A stretch of 64,000 nucleotides of DNA from Syntrophobacteraceae bacterium (GCA_052143075.1 JBKQTS010000037.1:1913-65912); one strand, 5' to 3'; positions 1 to 9,107 are shown, counted from the stretch's first letter. Notes: a model not told the origin generated them from the sequence alone. Numbers and translations: made by a program.

Positions 1-93
1 GCTAAATATCGTGGCTGTATGCTTTCTGGTTGGCCTATCCGCCCACAACCGGAATCAAGGGCAGGAACAGATGTTTTGAAACACGAACAAGTT

Positions 94-3000
94 CTAATGG
101 AAATATGCTCCATTAGACTGCGCTTTTTGGATCCCAAGCTTTTTCATTCGGGAGCGCAGGGTGCCGGGGTTGAGGTTCAGTATCTCGGCAGCTCCAGTCC
201 TTCCCTCGATTTTCCAGCCAGTTTTTGCAAGAATTTCGAGGATGTATTCTCTTTCCAATTCCTCAAGGCTCTTGTCCCTGGCCATCGCAGGCGCCTGAGG
301 AATTGTGGCTCCGCCAAGGTCGTCAGCCAACTGAAGCGTGGTCTCCAAAGAGTTGATTACCGCCCGTTCGATTATGTGTTGCAGTTCGCGGACATTGCCC
401 GGCCATTTATAATTCTCCAGGGCTTCCACCAGTCCTGCGGGGATCTTCTGGATTGTCTTCCCAAGCTGCTTGCTGTACTTCTCGACGAAGTGGACAATCA
501 TGAGTGGAATGTCCACCGTCCTCTCCCTGAGTGGCGGAAGTGTGACGGGGTAGACATTGAGCCTGTACCACAGGTCGGCGCGGAAGCGGCCCTCTTTCAT
601 CTCCTTTTCCAGGTTACGGTTGGTGGCGGCAATGATGCGTGGGTTAACCTTTATGGTCTGCGTGCCGCCGAGCCTCTCAAACTCACCATCCTCGATAACC
701 CGCAGCAACTTGGCCTGCAGGTCGAAGGGGAGTTCTCCGATTTCATCCAAAAACAGGGTGGTATTGTTGGCCAGCTCAAATCTTCCTAATTTCCTTGCTA
801 CTGCACCTGTAAAGGCTCCTTTTTCGTGGCCGAACAGCTCGCTCTCTATGAGACCAGCCGGAAGAACGGCACAGTTTACTTTCACCATGGGACGCGCTCT
901 TCGTGGGCTGTTTTCGTGAATGGTTCTTGCAATCAGTTCCTTACCGGTTCCGGTTTCTCCAAGGATCAAAACCGTCGTGTCGGTGCCAGATACCTGCTGA
1001 GCGCGGTAAAATACGTATTGCATCGCATCACTTCTGCCGATGATATTCCCAAAGTTATGCTCCAGCTTGATCTCTTCCTGCAGATAGGCACTTTCTGCTT
1101 CGAGGCGATCCTTTAGATCTTCTATTTCTGAGAGCCTGCTCTGTAGCAGTTCTTCCATCTGCTTGCGCTCGGTGATATCCTCGGCAATTCCGACAATGCG
1201 GACATGGTCCTCGCCAAGTCTAACCGGAAACGAGCGCGAATGTATCCACCGGATACTTCCGTCAGGTCGGATTATTCTATAATCAACGGCGATCTCCCGA
1301 TTGGCGAACCCTTTCTGGTGTGCATTCAAAACCCGCTCTTTGTCCTGAGGGTGCACGATATCAATGAACAAATCGGGGTTTTTGATTAGACTCCCGTTGT
1401 TCAGTCCGAAAATTTGCTCGCAGGCAGGACTTATGTAGACAAAGCCGCTTCGTTCTCGAATCCAGAAAACCTCGCGAATGTTTTCCGCCAATTGCCTGAA
1501 TTTTTCCTCGCTCTCCCGGAGTATTTCCTCGGCATGTTTTCGCTCGGTTACATCCCGGTCCATACCCCGGTAGCCTAGAAACACCCCATTGGGTCCGTAA
1601 AATGGAACCCCGCTGGTTTCAAGAACCACTTCACGGCCGTCTCGATGCAGATTCACATTTATCAGCCCGGAAAATTGCCGTCTATCGGCAGAGATCTCTG
1701 CGAAAGCAGCTTCAATCCGATGTGCCTCCTCCTCAGGCATCAACTCGAAGGGAGTACGCCCGATCACTTCCTCCGGTGTGTAACCCAGAATTTTTTGCAC
1801 TTTCGGGTCGGCATACGTGTACTTCGCATTCGCATCCACCTCCCATATCCAATCCGCTGATGTCTCAACCAGGGCACGGTACCTTTCCTCGCTCTGTTTC
1901 AGCGCGTCCTCCACCTTCTTACGCTCTGTGATGTCCTGACAATAGCCTAAAGAAAGTCGATCTGAGATTATGACGACATGCAACGAAACCCAGATTATTT
2001 GCCCATCACATTTCTTCACCCGGATCTCGGTTTCCAAATGCCCCGATTTTAGTAGAGTAGCGAATTTGCGCAGGACCTTCTCGCGCTCATCTTCCGGATG
2101 GAGGTCCAGGATGTGCATGTTCCTCAGAATACCGGTGTCGTAACCCAAAAGGTCTGTGGCCGCAGGATTAAAATCAATCAACCGGCCTTCTCTATCTGCT
2201 ACGAAAATGGCCAAAGGTGCCGATTCGACGTAAGAGCGAAACTTGGTCTCGCTCTCCTTTAAAGTTTCCTCCGCTCTCTTGCGCTCACTGATATCTTCTA
2301 TGAATCCTGAGTAATGAAGCGTTTCTCCATCAGGCCCGAAAATGCGGCGGGAATTGATCGATACCCAGATTTTGGTCTTATCTTTACGATAAAATTCGCA
2401 TTCATAATTAAGGACTACATCGTTCTGTTCGAGCAGCCGCATATAATCCAGGCGTTGATTCGGGTCTACCCATACCTGATGCGCCGAGTCGGTGATTGTG
2501 GCTGTGAGATCCTCGGGTGAGTCGTAGCCAAGAATTTTCGCCAGTGCGGGATTGGAAATTAGGTATTTCCCTTCCGGCGATGTTTCATAAATACCCTCTA
2601 TGGCGCCTTCGTAAATATTTCGATACTTTTCTTCGGCTTTCTTCAACAACTCCTCGGCCGATTTCCTGCGGCTTCTGTGAATCAGCAGACCGATTATGAG
2701 CGAAGACTGTACCAGCAAGACAACGAGAAAACTGATTACAGACCATCTGTAATCGTACCAGACTGACCGGGGGCGATTCACAAAGATACTGCCTTTGGGC
2801 AGCCTGCTAGTGTCTGCCCCCCATCGTTCGAGCTGTTTCCAGTCGAACATGGGGACTGAGTTGAAGACAAGTTGCTGATTCTGTTCTGTAAGGTTGATTC
2901 TCCCGCTCAGAATGTCGAGGGCCAGATTGCCAGTCCGAGTGCCTCCAAGCTCGTAGCTTTGCAGAGACCCGCCGACCATTCCAAGACCAAGAAGGGTGTC

Positions 3001-3846
3001 GTAGAGGCAGAAAACAGGAGCATTCGCCGTCATGGCGACCATTCTTCCCACATCTGTCGGGGTAAAGGTTCGACCGGTCTTATCCATTATGACATTCCAA
3101 TAAATTACTATGCTCTGTGGTGGGAGGTTTGCCACTCGCACAAGTGTTTCTTCGACGGAAAGGTGGGAGGTGTACTCGAACTGCAACTCGCCTTCCCAAT
3201 GAGAAAAAATACTTCTAGCCTCTCTTTCTGTCTCGGCATCAATCTGGAAGGTTCCGCTGATGAAGAGGACGCGCCTGGTTTCCGGGAATAATTCCAGAGC
3301 ACGCTTCAGAGTACCCTGCACGTCAAGACCTGCAAATATCTGCAAATGCCCATTTCCAGCATAATCCTGCTTGAATCCTTCTTGCATGATCCAGGAGATC
3401 GTGGGGACATGCGGGAAAATATCTTTGGCTTCGTTTCGGAGAAAAAGCGTCGCGGGCGCGTGAATTGTGATGATCAAGTCGAGGCTGATCTCCGCATACT
3501 TATGCCGGAGTATGTCCGCCAGGGCTTGCTTGCGCTCGGTGTCCCCTATATGCGGGAGGTCCAGGTACTCGAAAAAAAGATCGCCGTACCTTACACCTGC
3601 TTTTTCCATGACCGAAACAAAACCAGGATTGAATTTCCGATAAGAGGGCAGCGAATACCCGTAGGAGTACAACACCAAAATACGTTTGGGGTTGGCAGCA
3701 GGTGAGACTTGCGGCTGAGTTTGGGCATGAGAAGGAATAGGAAGCAAGCAAACCACCAGAATCGAGAAATACAGAACAACACCCAAAACTGATCCGCGCA
3801 GAGTTCTGATTTTCAGTTCCTCTTTCGTTGAGCGGCGGTCTATCAT
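94..3846 (-). CDS. Membrane-anchored sigma-54-dependent transcriptional activator (bEBP): periplasmic ABC-substrate-binding-like sensor, four PAS-like modules, AAA+ sigma-54 interaction domain, Fis-type HTH
   Basis: Longest ORF is 94..3903 (1269 aa). Start set at ATG 3846 (M20), which precedes a signal/TM segment and avoids overlapping the upstream gene. A second TM (VISFLVVLLVQSSLIIGLLI) follows a ~350-aa periplasmic region. Four PAS-like repeats open with EEKYRNIYE, ETKFRSYVE, EERYRALVE and EEKFRQLAE. AAA+ motifs GETGTGKE, ESELFGHEKGAFTGA and WPGNVRELQ are present, with C-terminal HTH AAEILNLNPGTLRSRMKKLGI. Confidence 0.85.
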   Translation of the reverse strand: MIDRRSTKEELKIRTLRGSVLGVVLYFSILVVCLLPIPSHAQTQPQVSPAANPKRILVLYSYGYSLPSYRKFNPGFVSVMEKAGVRYGDLFFEYLDLPHIGDTERKQALADILRHKYAEISLDLIITIHAPATLFLRNEAKDIFPHVPTISWIMQEGFKQDYAGNGHLQIFAGLDVQGTLKRALELFPETRRVLFISGTFQIDAETEREARSIFSHWEGELQFEYTSHLSVEETLVRVANLPPQSIVIYWNVIMDKTGRTFTPTDVGRMVAMTANAPVFCLYDTLLGLGMVGGSLQSYELGGTRTGNLALDILSGRINLTEQNQQLVFNSVPMFDWKQLERWGADTSRLPKGSIFVNRPRSVWYDYRWSVISFLVVLLVQSSLIIGLLIHRSRRKSAEELLKKAEEKYRNIYEGAIEGIYETSPEGKYLISNPALAKILGYDSPEDLTATITDSAHQVWVDPNQRLDYMRLLEQNDVVLNYECEFYRKDKTKIWVSINSRRIFGPDGETLHYSGFIEDISERKRAEETLKESETKFRSYVESAPLAIFVADREGRLIDFNPAATDLLGYDTGILRNMHILDLHPEDEREKVLRKFATLLKSGHLETEIRVKKCDGQIIWVSLHVVIISDRLSLGYCQDITERKKVEDALKQSEERYRALVETSADWIWEVDANAKYTYADPKVQKILGYTPEEVIGRTPFELMPEEEAHRIEAAFAEISADRRQFSGLINVNLHRDGREVVLETSGVPFYGPNGVFLGYRGMDRDVTERKHAEEILRESEEKFRQLAENIREVFWIRERSGFVYISPACEQIFGLNNGSLIKNPDLFIDIVHPQDKERVLNAHQKGFANREIAVDYRIIRPDGSIRWIHSRSFPVRLGEDHVRIVGIAEDITERKQMEELLQSRLSEIEDLKDRLEAESAYLQEEIKLEHNFGNIIGRSDAMQYVFYRAQQVSGTDTTVLILGETGTGKELIARTIHENSPRRARPMVKVNCAVLPAGLIESELFGHEKGAFTGAVARKLGRFELANNTTLFLDEIGELPFDLQAKLLRVIEDGEFERLGGTQTIKVNPRIIAATNRNLEKEMKEGRFRADLWYRLNVYPVTLPPLRERTVDIPLMIVHFVEKYSKQLGKTIQKIPAGLVEALENYKWPGNVRELQHIIERAVINSLETTLQLADDLGGATIPQAPAMARDKSLEELEREYILEILAKTGWKIEGRTGAAEILNLNPGTLRSRMKKLGIQKAQSNGAYFH

Positions 3847-3892
3847 ATCGCTTTCCCATCGATAGGGTATGCTAAACGATCTTAATGATATC

Positions 3893-4714
3893 TTAATTGA
3901 CATCCTCTGATTTATAAAGATGCCCTAGTTCTAATCCTTTAAAAAGCAACCTTTGCAGAATCTTCCATTCAGAACGGTCATTTGGTGGCCGATGGAAGTA
4001 GCTTAAAGAAGGCGCTGGCCTGCTTCCGTATTTCCTCTGCACCCGTTTTGCAACGAGCGCCAAAGCTATTAGGAATCCGAGGGGAAGGGCCATCCTAGCG
4101 AAAAACAGTGCGCCCCAGCCTCCAGAAATCCAAATCTCCCTTATCTGACCGATGAAAAAAGTGGTCACGAAAATGGTTCCGGCCTCACCCAGGGCAGTGG
4201 CGAAAAAATAGTTCCAAAAGCGAACCTTCGTTAATCCCGCACAGTAGTTCACGCGCGCGAAGGGCGTCAACATCAGCCGGAGGAAAAAAACGGCTTTGAA
4301 GCCATTTTGTTCGATCAGGTCGTCGTAGTCCCTCAGCCTTTCTCCGATAAGGGAATAGACAAACACCCTTCCCAGCCTGCGGGCAGTAAAATAGGCGATC
4401 ACTGCCCCTGCAAGGGCGCCCAGGAACGCGCAAGTAAAGCCCAGGTAAGGTCCGAACATGGCCACACCGATTGCTACAAAAACCGTCACTGGGACAAAAA
4501 GACAGCTACCAATCGCGCAGAACATCACAAGAAGGGCTGGAGCCATTAGACCGGCCTCCCCGATGGTCCTTTGGAACTGATCGGGTTCGAGGTGTGCTTT
4601 CATGGGTGCAATCTCCACGAGACCAATCGACATCGCTGCCAAAGCCAGCAGAATGATCGCTTTGATAAGTATGCAGTGACGGCCGATCTTCATTATTTTG
4701 CCGTGTTCTGCCAT
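3893..4714 (-). CDS. TVP38/TMEM64 (DedA/SNARE-associated-like) family membrane protein
   Basis: 273-aa ORF with multiple hydrophobic helices. The pattern is recalled from the TVP38/TMEM64 family (…FVPVTVFVAIGVAMFGPYLG…, …LMLTPFARVNYCAGLT…). Family assignment is from memory only. Confidence 0.6.
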   Translation of the reverse strand: MAEHGKIMKIGRHCILIKAIILLALAAMSIGLVEIAPMKAHLEPDQFQRTIGEAGLMAPALLVMFCAIGSCLFVPVTVFVAIGVAMFGPYLGFTCAFLGALAGAVIAYFTARRLGRVFVYSLIGERLRDYDDLIEQNGFKAVFFLRLMLTPFARVNYCAGLTKVRFWNYFFATALGEAGTIFVTTFFIGQIREIWISGGWGALFFARMALPLGFLIALALVAKRVQRKYGSRPAPSLSYFHRPPNDRSEWKILQRLLFKGLELGHLYKSEDVN

Positions 4715-5337
4715 TCAATCATAATTTACATCAAATTGCGGTCACCGCGTCAGGGTGGAGCGTATGACCTTGTCGTCTATCCGTGGTCGCAGCAGAAAAG
4801 CATCGGGTTAATGAGTTTCATTTTGATCAGGCTATACTCACATGCCGTTTTGAGGTAACCAACTCGACATATGACACTTCGCCTGAAATTTATTGAGGAT
4901 TCCTCAAAAAGATAAGAAAAGTATACCACACACTCTGTCCAGACACAAGGCCAAAAAAGTCAGGGATGGAGTGAATGCCTCCATTCAAATCTCCCCGGGA
5001 GACTTGCCCACTGAGTGCCCAGATTGTCGAATGAGGCAATGTGGAAGTGAGAAAATAATGTTGGATCGATCAGGTGCGCATAGGTTCAGGAATTCAATCA
5101 GAGGAAGGGGAGAAAAGGCGCATTCTGAGAGGATCGCTACCATGCAACGTTCATAGAAACGCGACAGAGAGGGCTTTGAAATCGCGCCACTTATACGGCG
5201 TGTTCTTTACGGCGTTGTAGTGAAAGTTGAACCCATCGTACCAGGAGGCATCCCCGCTACCCCAACCCAAAACTGGGAAGGGATCGAAAGGACAGGGACC
5301 TTGTGGCCTGGAAAATCAATGGGGGTAAGTAAAAGCG

Positions 5338-5480
5338 ATGGCTGGTGGCGGATGCAGGTTCACCCAAGAAGAGTATGAGGCCTTTTTAGCAAAGCGAGGC
5401 CAGAAGCCGAGTTATTAAAATCGGACTCCAAAAAAAGGGGACGTTTCAGAGAACCTCGAGCAAACCGAACCCGAGCGAGA
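5338..5480 (+). repeat. Copy 1 of a diverged ~140-bp duplicated segment (truncated phage/mobile-element-like ORF start, MAGGGCRFTQEEYEAFLAKRGQKPSY*)
   Basis: By-eye alignment to 6059..6200. Shared blocks are ggatgcagg, agtatgaggcct and gactccaaaaaaag(g/a)ggacgtttcagag(a/g)acctcg. Identity is roughly three quarters (not computed). Confidence 0.7.
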
Positions 5481-5695
5481 AGGGTTTGAATGCGCTTGCT
5501 CTACCTGGGCCACCGGAGTTTCCGGCAATTTGTGCGGACATGTGAGCCCCAAAAGGCGTAAAACGAGACGTATCCACGTATGGGTGGAGGGGAGATCGTT
5601 GATTGTGGGGTATCCTGGCGCTTCGATTTTGGAACAATCGGCGCTCCAGCAGCCAAAAAGGGGAATTTTGACCTTCAAGGCACGGGAGGGAGAAC

Positions 5696-5866
5696 TTGAG
5701 GAAGATTATCTCGACATCGAAAGCGGCGGAACTCTTGGGGGGTACGAGGGGGACGATTTACCGATACATCGAATTGGGTATCCTCAAAGCATCGAAGCCC
5801 AGGGGTGTGCTTAGGATCTCAGAGGATGAAATCAAAAAACTCTTGGAAGTGTCAAAGGTGGAATAG
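5696..5866 (+). CDS. Excisionase-family / MerR-like helix-turn-helix DNA-binding protein (56 aa; below the ORF-track length cutoff)
   Basis: Hand translation from TTG 5696 gives (M)RKIISTSKAAELLGGTRGTIYRYIELGILKASKPRGVLRISEDEIKKLLEVSKVE, with stop TAG at 5864-5866. The SD-like GGGAGGG lies 6 nt upstream. The motif 'aelLgvsr.TiYryi..G.l.a.k.g..~ri...ei..' is the classic Xis-type HTH. Confidence 0.65.
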   Translation: MRKIISTSKAAELLGGTRGTIYRYIELGILKASKPRGVLRISEDEIKKLLEVSKVE

Positions 5867-6058
5867 AAGGCAAGACGGAGCAAGAGCGCGTCGACAATTG
5901 AACAAAAACGGACAGGATATGAAATATTTGACCGATTTTGTGATGTTGAAGATCAAAGGGGGGAAGTAAAATCATACCATAGCTTGATCGACTTTGGAGA
6001 TTGGCAAAAGGTCGCGAAGCAGATGGGAAAACACATCAAAGAATACACGATCACGCAA

Positions 6059-6200
6059 ATGGCCAGCGGTGGATGCAGGATGACGCAAGAACAGTATGAG
6101 GCCTTCTTATCCAGGCACGATCAGCAGCCGGCTAACCAAAACTAGACTCCAAAAAAAGAGGACGTTTCAGAGGACCTCGCGCAAGCCGACCCGGGTCCCG
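6059..6200 (+). repeat. Copy 2 of the diverged ~140-bp duplicated segment (MGKHIKEYTITQMASGGCRMTQEQYEAFLSRHDQQPANQN*)
   Basis: Same by-eye alignment as for 5338..5480. Both copies carry a short truncated ORF followed by the shared gactccaaaaaaag..gacgtttcagag block. Confidence 0.7.
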
Positions 6201-6340
6201 AAAATGACTTCCAAGAAAAGATCAGGGCATGGAGCGAGGATCAATATCAAGATCGTCCACCTGTCCGCCGTTGTGCCCGACTGTGCCTAAACGTGTGCCC
6301 AACCAACCCCGAAAAACCAAAAATTCCCTAACATTTGCCA

Positions 6341-6387
6341 ACGAAAAAAAGAGCCAAAATGCCCTATGCATCGGGCATTTCGGCTCT
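6341..6387 (-). terminator. Rho-independent terminator (minus strand)
   Basis: 15-bp stem agagccaaaatgccc / gggcatttcggctct (one mismatch) with an 8-nt loop. On the minus strand it is followed directly by a run of seven T. Confidence 0.6.
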
Positions 6388-6583
6388 ATGATTGATTCCG
6401 CCTGAATGCTATTTTTTGGTTCCTAAGTCCAGTGCGTATGCCATTTTCGCCACTCTCGCACAGAGACTGGTGCTCACACTCTCCGATTTGGCAGTTTTCC
6501 GGAATCGCCTGTTCGTTAATGGAGTTATGGAAAAGGAGCTGCAACCTCCCGCCTTCAAGGGTGCTCTGTTCCAAATCTTCCAT
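6386..6583 (-). CDS. Hypothetical small protein (65 aa)
   Basis: The ORF's stop codon abuts the strong minus-strand terminator hairpin. No family was recognised and there is no clear SD. Overlapping plus-strand ORFs look less protein-like. Confidence 0.3.
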   Translation of the reverse strand: MEDLEQSTLEGGRLQLLFHNSINEQAIPENCQIGECEHQSLCESGENGIRTGLRNQKIAFRRNQS

Positions 6584-6714
6584 TAACCTTTTAATCTTAT
6601 CTCATTGCCGTTCATTTGTGAAGAGATAAGCGCGGAGCCCTTACACTGACAGCCGAGAGCTGATTTTGCGCGGCTTTATGCGACAGTGTACCGGAAGTTC
6701 TGCAAATAAATAAC

Positions 6715-6815
6715 CCGGCAAAGCGTGGGGGATGGGGGGACATGCGCCCCCCCACACCCCCCTTCGCCGCTGCGCGGCTCACTGTTGGGTGCGGGGGAAA
6801 CATTCCCCCGCTCTT
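6715..6815 (+). repeat. GC-rich hairpin repeat, family 1, copy A
   Basis: Contains gcgtgggg..ccccccacacccc..cgccgctgcgcgg and the hairpin gcgggggaaacattcccccgctctttt. Related to 7925..8175 (inverted orientation) and 17800..17905. Confidence 0.65.
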
Positions 6816-6856
6816 TTGGGCTTTAGCAATTTGCAGAATTTCGCGCACACAATCCT

Positions 6857-7813
6857 TTATGCCTGCCCCCCGGCTTCGTCCACGACGAGGCAGCGGGTCC
6901 CGTCCGGTTCCTCCGCGACTCTGAATCCAAACAGGGTGCTCATCCGGGTGAAGCTCCTGCCAAGCAGCAGTTCCATATTTTGGGCCGGGATTTTGAACTT
7001 ATCGCTCACAAACTGCCTGAAATGCTCCTCGTATGAAAGGAGCCTCAGCACCTCCTGAACGTTTCCTCCATTTGCGCCCCGGCTCAGATCTTCGAACGCG
7101 TCAGAAATTACTGCAAACCCGCATCTGGCTTCGTGTTCGGCGATTATCTCCAGCAGCAGGCCGACACCCTTGAAAATGTGTTCCCTCAGCAAAAAAGGCA
7201 ATTCGACCGTGTCACGGGCGGGGATAGGGTCCCAACACGCCTGAGCCCGGCATTGAAGAGGCCGATCAACGTATATGGAGCACCGGCCGGTTTCGGAAAC
7301 CAGGAACACACATTCCCTCAGGCCTTCTTTTTCCCTGACCTTGATTCTCTCTTCGGGAAGAACAAAAGGCCCTCCATCGAAAGGAGATCGCGCAGGCTCG
7401 CCTTTCCTCAGGGTTACGATCTGATCCCACGGGATTTTGCCGGACTGAAGGAGCAGAAGATCTTCCAGGTGAAGGGTCGGGCTCCCCATCCGGCAGCACT
7501 CGCCGCACTGGACGCAGGCGGGCAGAATGGTCCGGCATGCCTCATCGGCAGCCAGCAGCAGGCGCTTCCAGGCAGCGAGCCGATGCGAGCCGTGCATACC
7601 CTCCCAACCCGAGACCACTTCCTGAAAAGTCGAGGTCTGCTCGATCTGGTAACGGATGCGCCTGGAGGGGATGAGCGAGGTGGCTTCTTCTTTCAGGAGC
7701 GATTCGAGAAAAACGAACCAGTTAGCCTGAAACTGCTCGAGGTCCCAGCCCGAAGGGTGATTTATCGAAAGGTCGGAAAGACGCTCGAATTCTTTTTCCA
7801 TAAAAATTTGCAC
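6857..7813 (-). CDS. YkgJ-family cysteine-cluster (Zn/Fe-S) protein
   Basis: 318-aa ORF with CVQCGECCRMGSP near the middle and a second cluster, CVFLVSETGRCSIYVDRPLQCRAQAC. This CxxCGxCC…C.iY..RP..C pattern is typical of the UPF0153/YkgJ family. Confidence 0.6.
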   Translation of the reverse strand: MQIFMEKEFERLSDLSINHPSGWDLEQFQANWFVFLESLLKEEATSLIPSRRIRYQIEQTSTFQEVVSGWEGMHGSHRLAAWKRLLLAADEACRTILPACVQCGECCRMGSPTLHLEDLLLLQSGKIPWDQIVTLRKGEPARSPFDGGPFVLPEERIKVREKEGLRECVFLVSETGRCSIYVDRPLQCRAQACWDPIPARDTVELPFLLREHIFKGVGLLLEIIAEHEARCGFAVISDAFEDLSRGANGGNVQEVLRLLSYEEHFRQFVSDKFKIPAQNMELLLGRSFTRMSTLFGFRVAEEPDGTRCLVVDEAGGQA

Positions 7814-7924
7814 CTGTCGAAATCGAGAAAGACAACTGTCGAAGGCGGCGCTGATTTATCTGCCGGTTCGCAATCTTAGCCCATTCAAACAGATTAATAA
7901 ACCTTCAGCAGACCACTTTTTAGA

Positions 7925-8175
7925 CCAATTTGCGTTCAAACAGCGACAAATAACCCCGAACTGAGCGGGGAAAGTTTCCCCCTCGATCTCCAGGCTCCGC
8001 CGGGCGCACGCGCTGTCGCGCGAGGCCGAGCGCTCGGCGCTGTCGGCGGCAAGCCACCGCGCATGCGCGGGGCCGCCGCCGCAGCGCAACATCTCGACGC
8101 TCCGCGAGGCGGAGGGGGTGTGGGGGGCAAAGCTCCCCACGCCCTTGACTTGATGCTTTCTTGAACGCAACTCGG
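7925..8175. repeat. MITE-like GC-rich element, family 1, copy B, with terminal inverted repeats
   Basis: Ends ccaatttgcgttcaa (7925-7939) and ttgaacgcaactcgg (8161-8175) are inverted repeats: 13/15 overall, with a perfect 10-bp core. The interior carries gagcggggaaagtttccccctc and the reverse complement of the ccccacacccc block seen in copy A. Confidence 0.6.
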
Positions 8176-8189
8176 TATTAGACAAGATT

Positions 8190-8262
8190 AAGGAGGGAGC
8201 AGGAAGCAGGAAGCTTTTCCTCCCTGCTCCCTGCTCCCCGCTCCCCGCTCCTTGCTCCTCTT
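8190..8262. repeat. Low-complexity GCTCCC/TGCTCC-type hexamer tract
   Basis: Sequence is ggagggagcaggaagcaggaagcttttcctccctgctccctgctccccgctccccgctccttgctcc. A similar tract lies at 21285..21365. Confidence 0.6.
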
Positions 8263-8723
8263 CATTCCGATGCAGGATCTGAAAACTGAAGTAACTCAAT
8301 ACCGGTTTTGGGGTCTTTTTTTCGAAAACCTCCAATTCCGCAGATTTCCAGCAGAATCACTTCGCCTATCAGCCATACATCTACGCCTGCCCTGGTACAG
8401 CCAACGGTCGCTGTGCCTTCCCGGCCCGTCGCGGCGTGCATGTGCAGATCAGGACGCCCATTCTCATCGGGGAAGAGCGTTCCCACCGCAATGACCTCGT
8501 GAATTCCGCCTAATTTGTGCATTATGGGAATAATGTCATCTCCCAGGTTTTCCTCCGGGCCGACGACAAGGCGGCTCGTTGCGCCGGCCCCTCCGACAAA
8601 CATTACCACTGCGTTCCGGATCGCATGCTCGACGGCAAAATCAACCACTGCATCGGGGAGTCGTTCTCCGGTCTCCAGCTTCAGGGCGAAAATACGTCCG
8701 ATGGTTCCTTCGCTATACTGCAT
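8262..8723 (-). CDS. PPC-domain (DUF296) protein
   Basis: ORF 8262..8891 trimmed to ATG 8723 (MQYSEGTIGRIFALKLETGERLPDAVVDFA…). The segments IHEVIAVGTLF…LHMHAATG…GCTRAG…VILLE resemble the PPC/DUF296 fold. Call is from memory. Confidence 0.5.
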   Translation of the reverse strand: MQYSEGTIGRIFALKLETGERLPDAVVDFAVEHAIRNAVVMFVGGAGATSRLVVGPEENLGDDIIPIMHKLGGIHEVIAVGTLFPDENGRPDLHMHAATGREGTATVGCTRAGVDVWLIGEVILLEICGIGGFRKKDPKTGIELLQFSDPASE

Positions 8724-8906
8724 AATGCGCCACTTCCCTTTTTGCGATTCAGGAAAGACCGTCCAAGGCCGGGGCAAAAAAAAATCCCGGGCAATCAAAA
8801 CCCGGGATTTTACATTCTTCCTCACATTCCAAGGCAGGATTAAATGCCACTCAAGGCGCTCAAGAGTTCCGGTCTTGTGAGAAGGCCACACTGGTGGTGC
8901 TGCGGA

Positions 8907-9107
8907 TCATGCCGTGCGCATCATGCGACGCTCCCGGCGTTGGATGCGTTTTATCGCTTTTTTCTTCTTGATGCGCCTGCGCTCTCCTTTGGAGAGATAG
9001 TAATTGTGGCGGCGCAAGACCGGTTGAACGTTTTTCTGAAAATCTTTGCGGAGCTTGCGAATCTTTTTCTCTATGTTTTCCCTCGGTTCAGCCTCCGTGC
9101 TCACCAA
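8907..9107 (-). CDS. rpsU: 30S ribosomal protein S21
   Basis: 66-aa highly basic ORF. …PRENIEKKIRKLRKDFQKNVQPVLRRHNYYLSKGERRRIKKKKAIKR… follows the S21 pattern (vr.nE..d.AlRrFkr..ek.gil.e.rrr..yeKPs.rrkrk). The start is TTG (9107) or GTG (9104), with AGGTGA 6 nt upstream. Confidence 0.65.
   Translation of the reverse strand: MVSTEAEPRENIEKKIRKLRKDFQKNVQPVLRRHNYYLSKGERRRIKKKKAIKRIQRRERRMMRTA

Noticed and set aside
19-789. 256-aa plus-strand ORF at the start of the window
   Set aside because: It lies entirely antisense to the AAA+/HTH part of the sigma-54 activator, whose motifs are unambiguous. It has no SD and no recognisable family.
4893-5156. 87-aa plus-strand ORF in the TVP38 / Xis-relic intergenic region
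   Set aside because: It has no SD, an odd composition and no motif. It probably lies within decayed mobile-element DNA.
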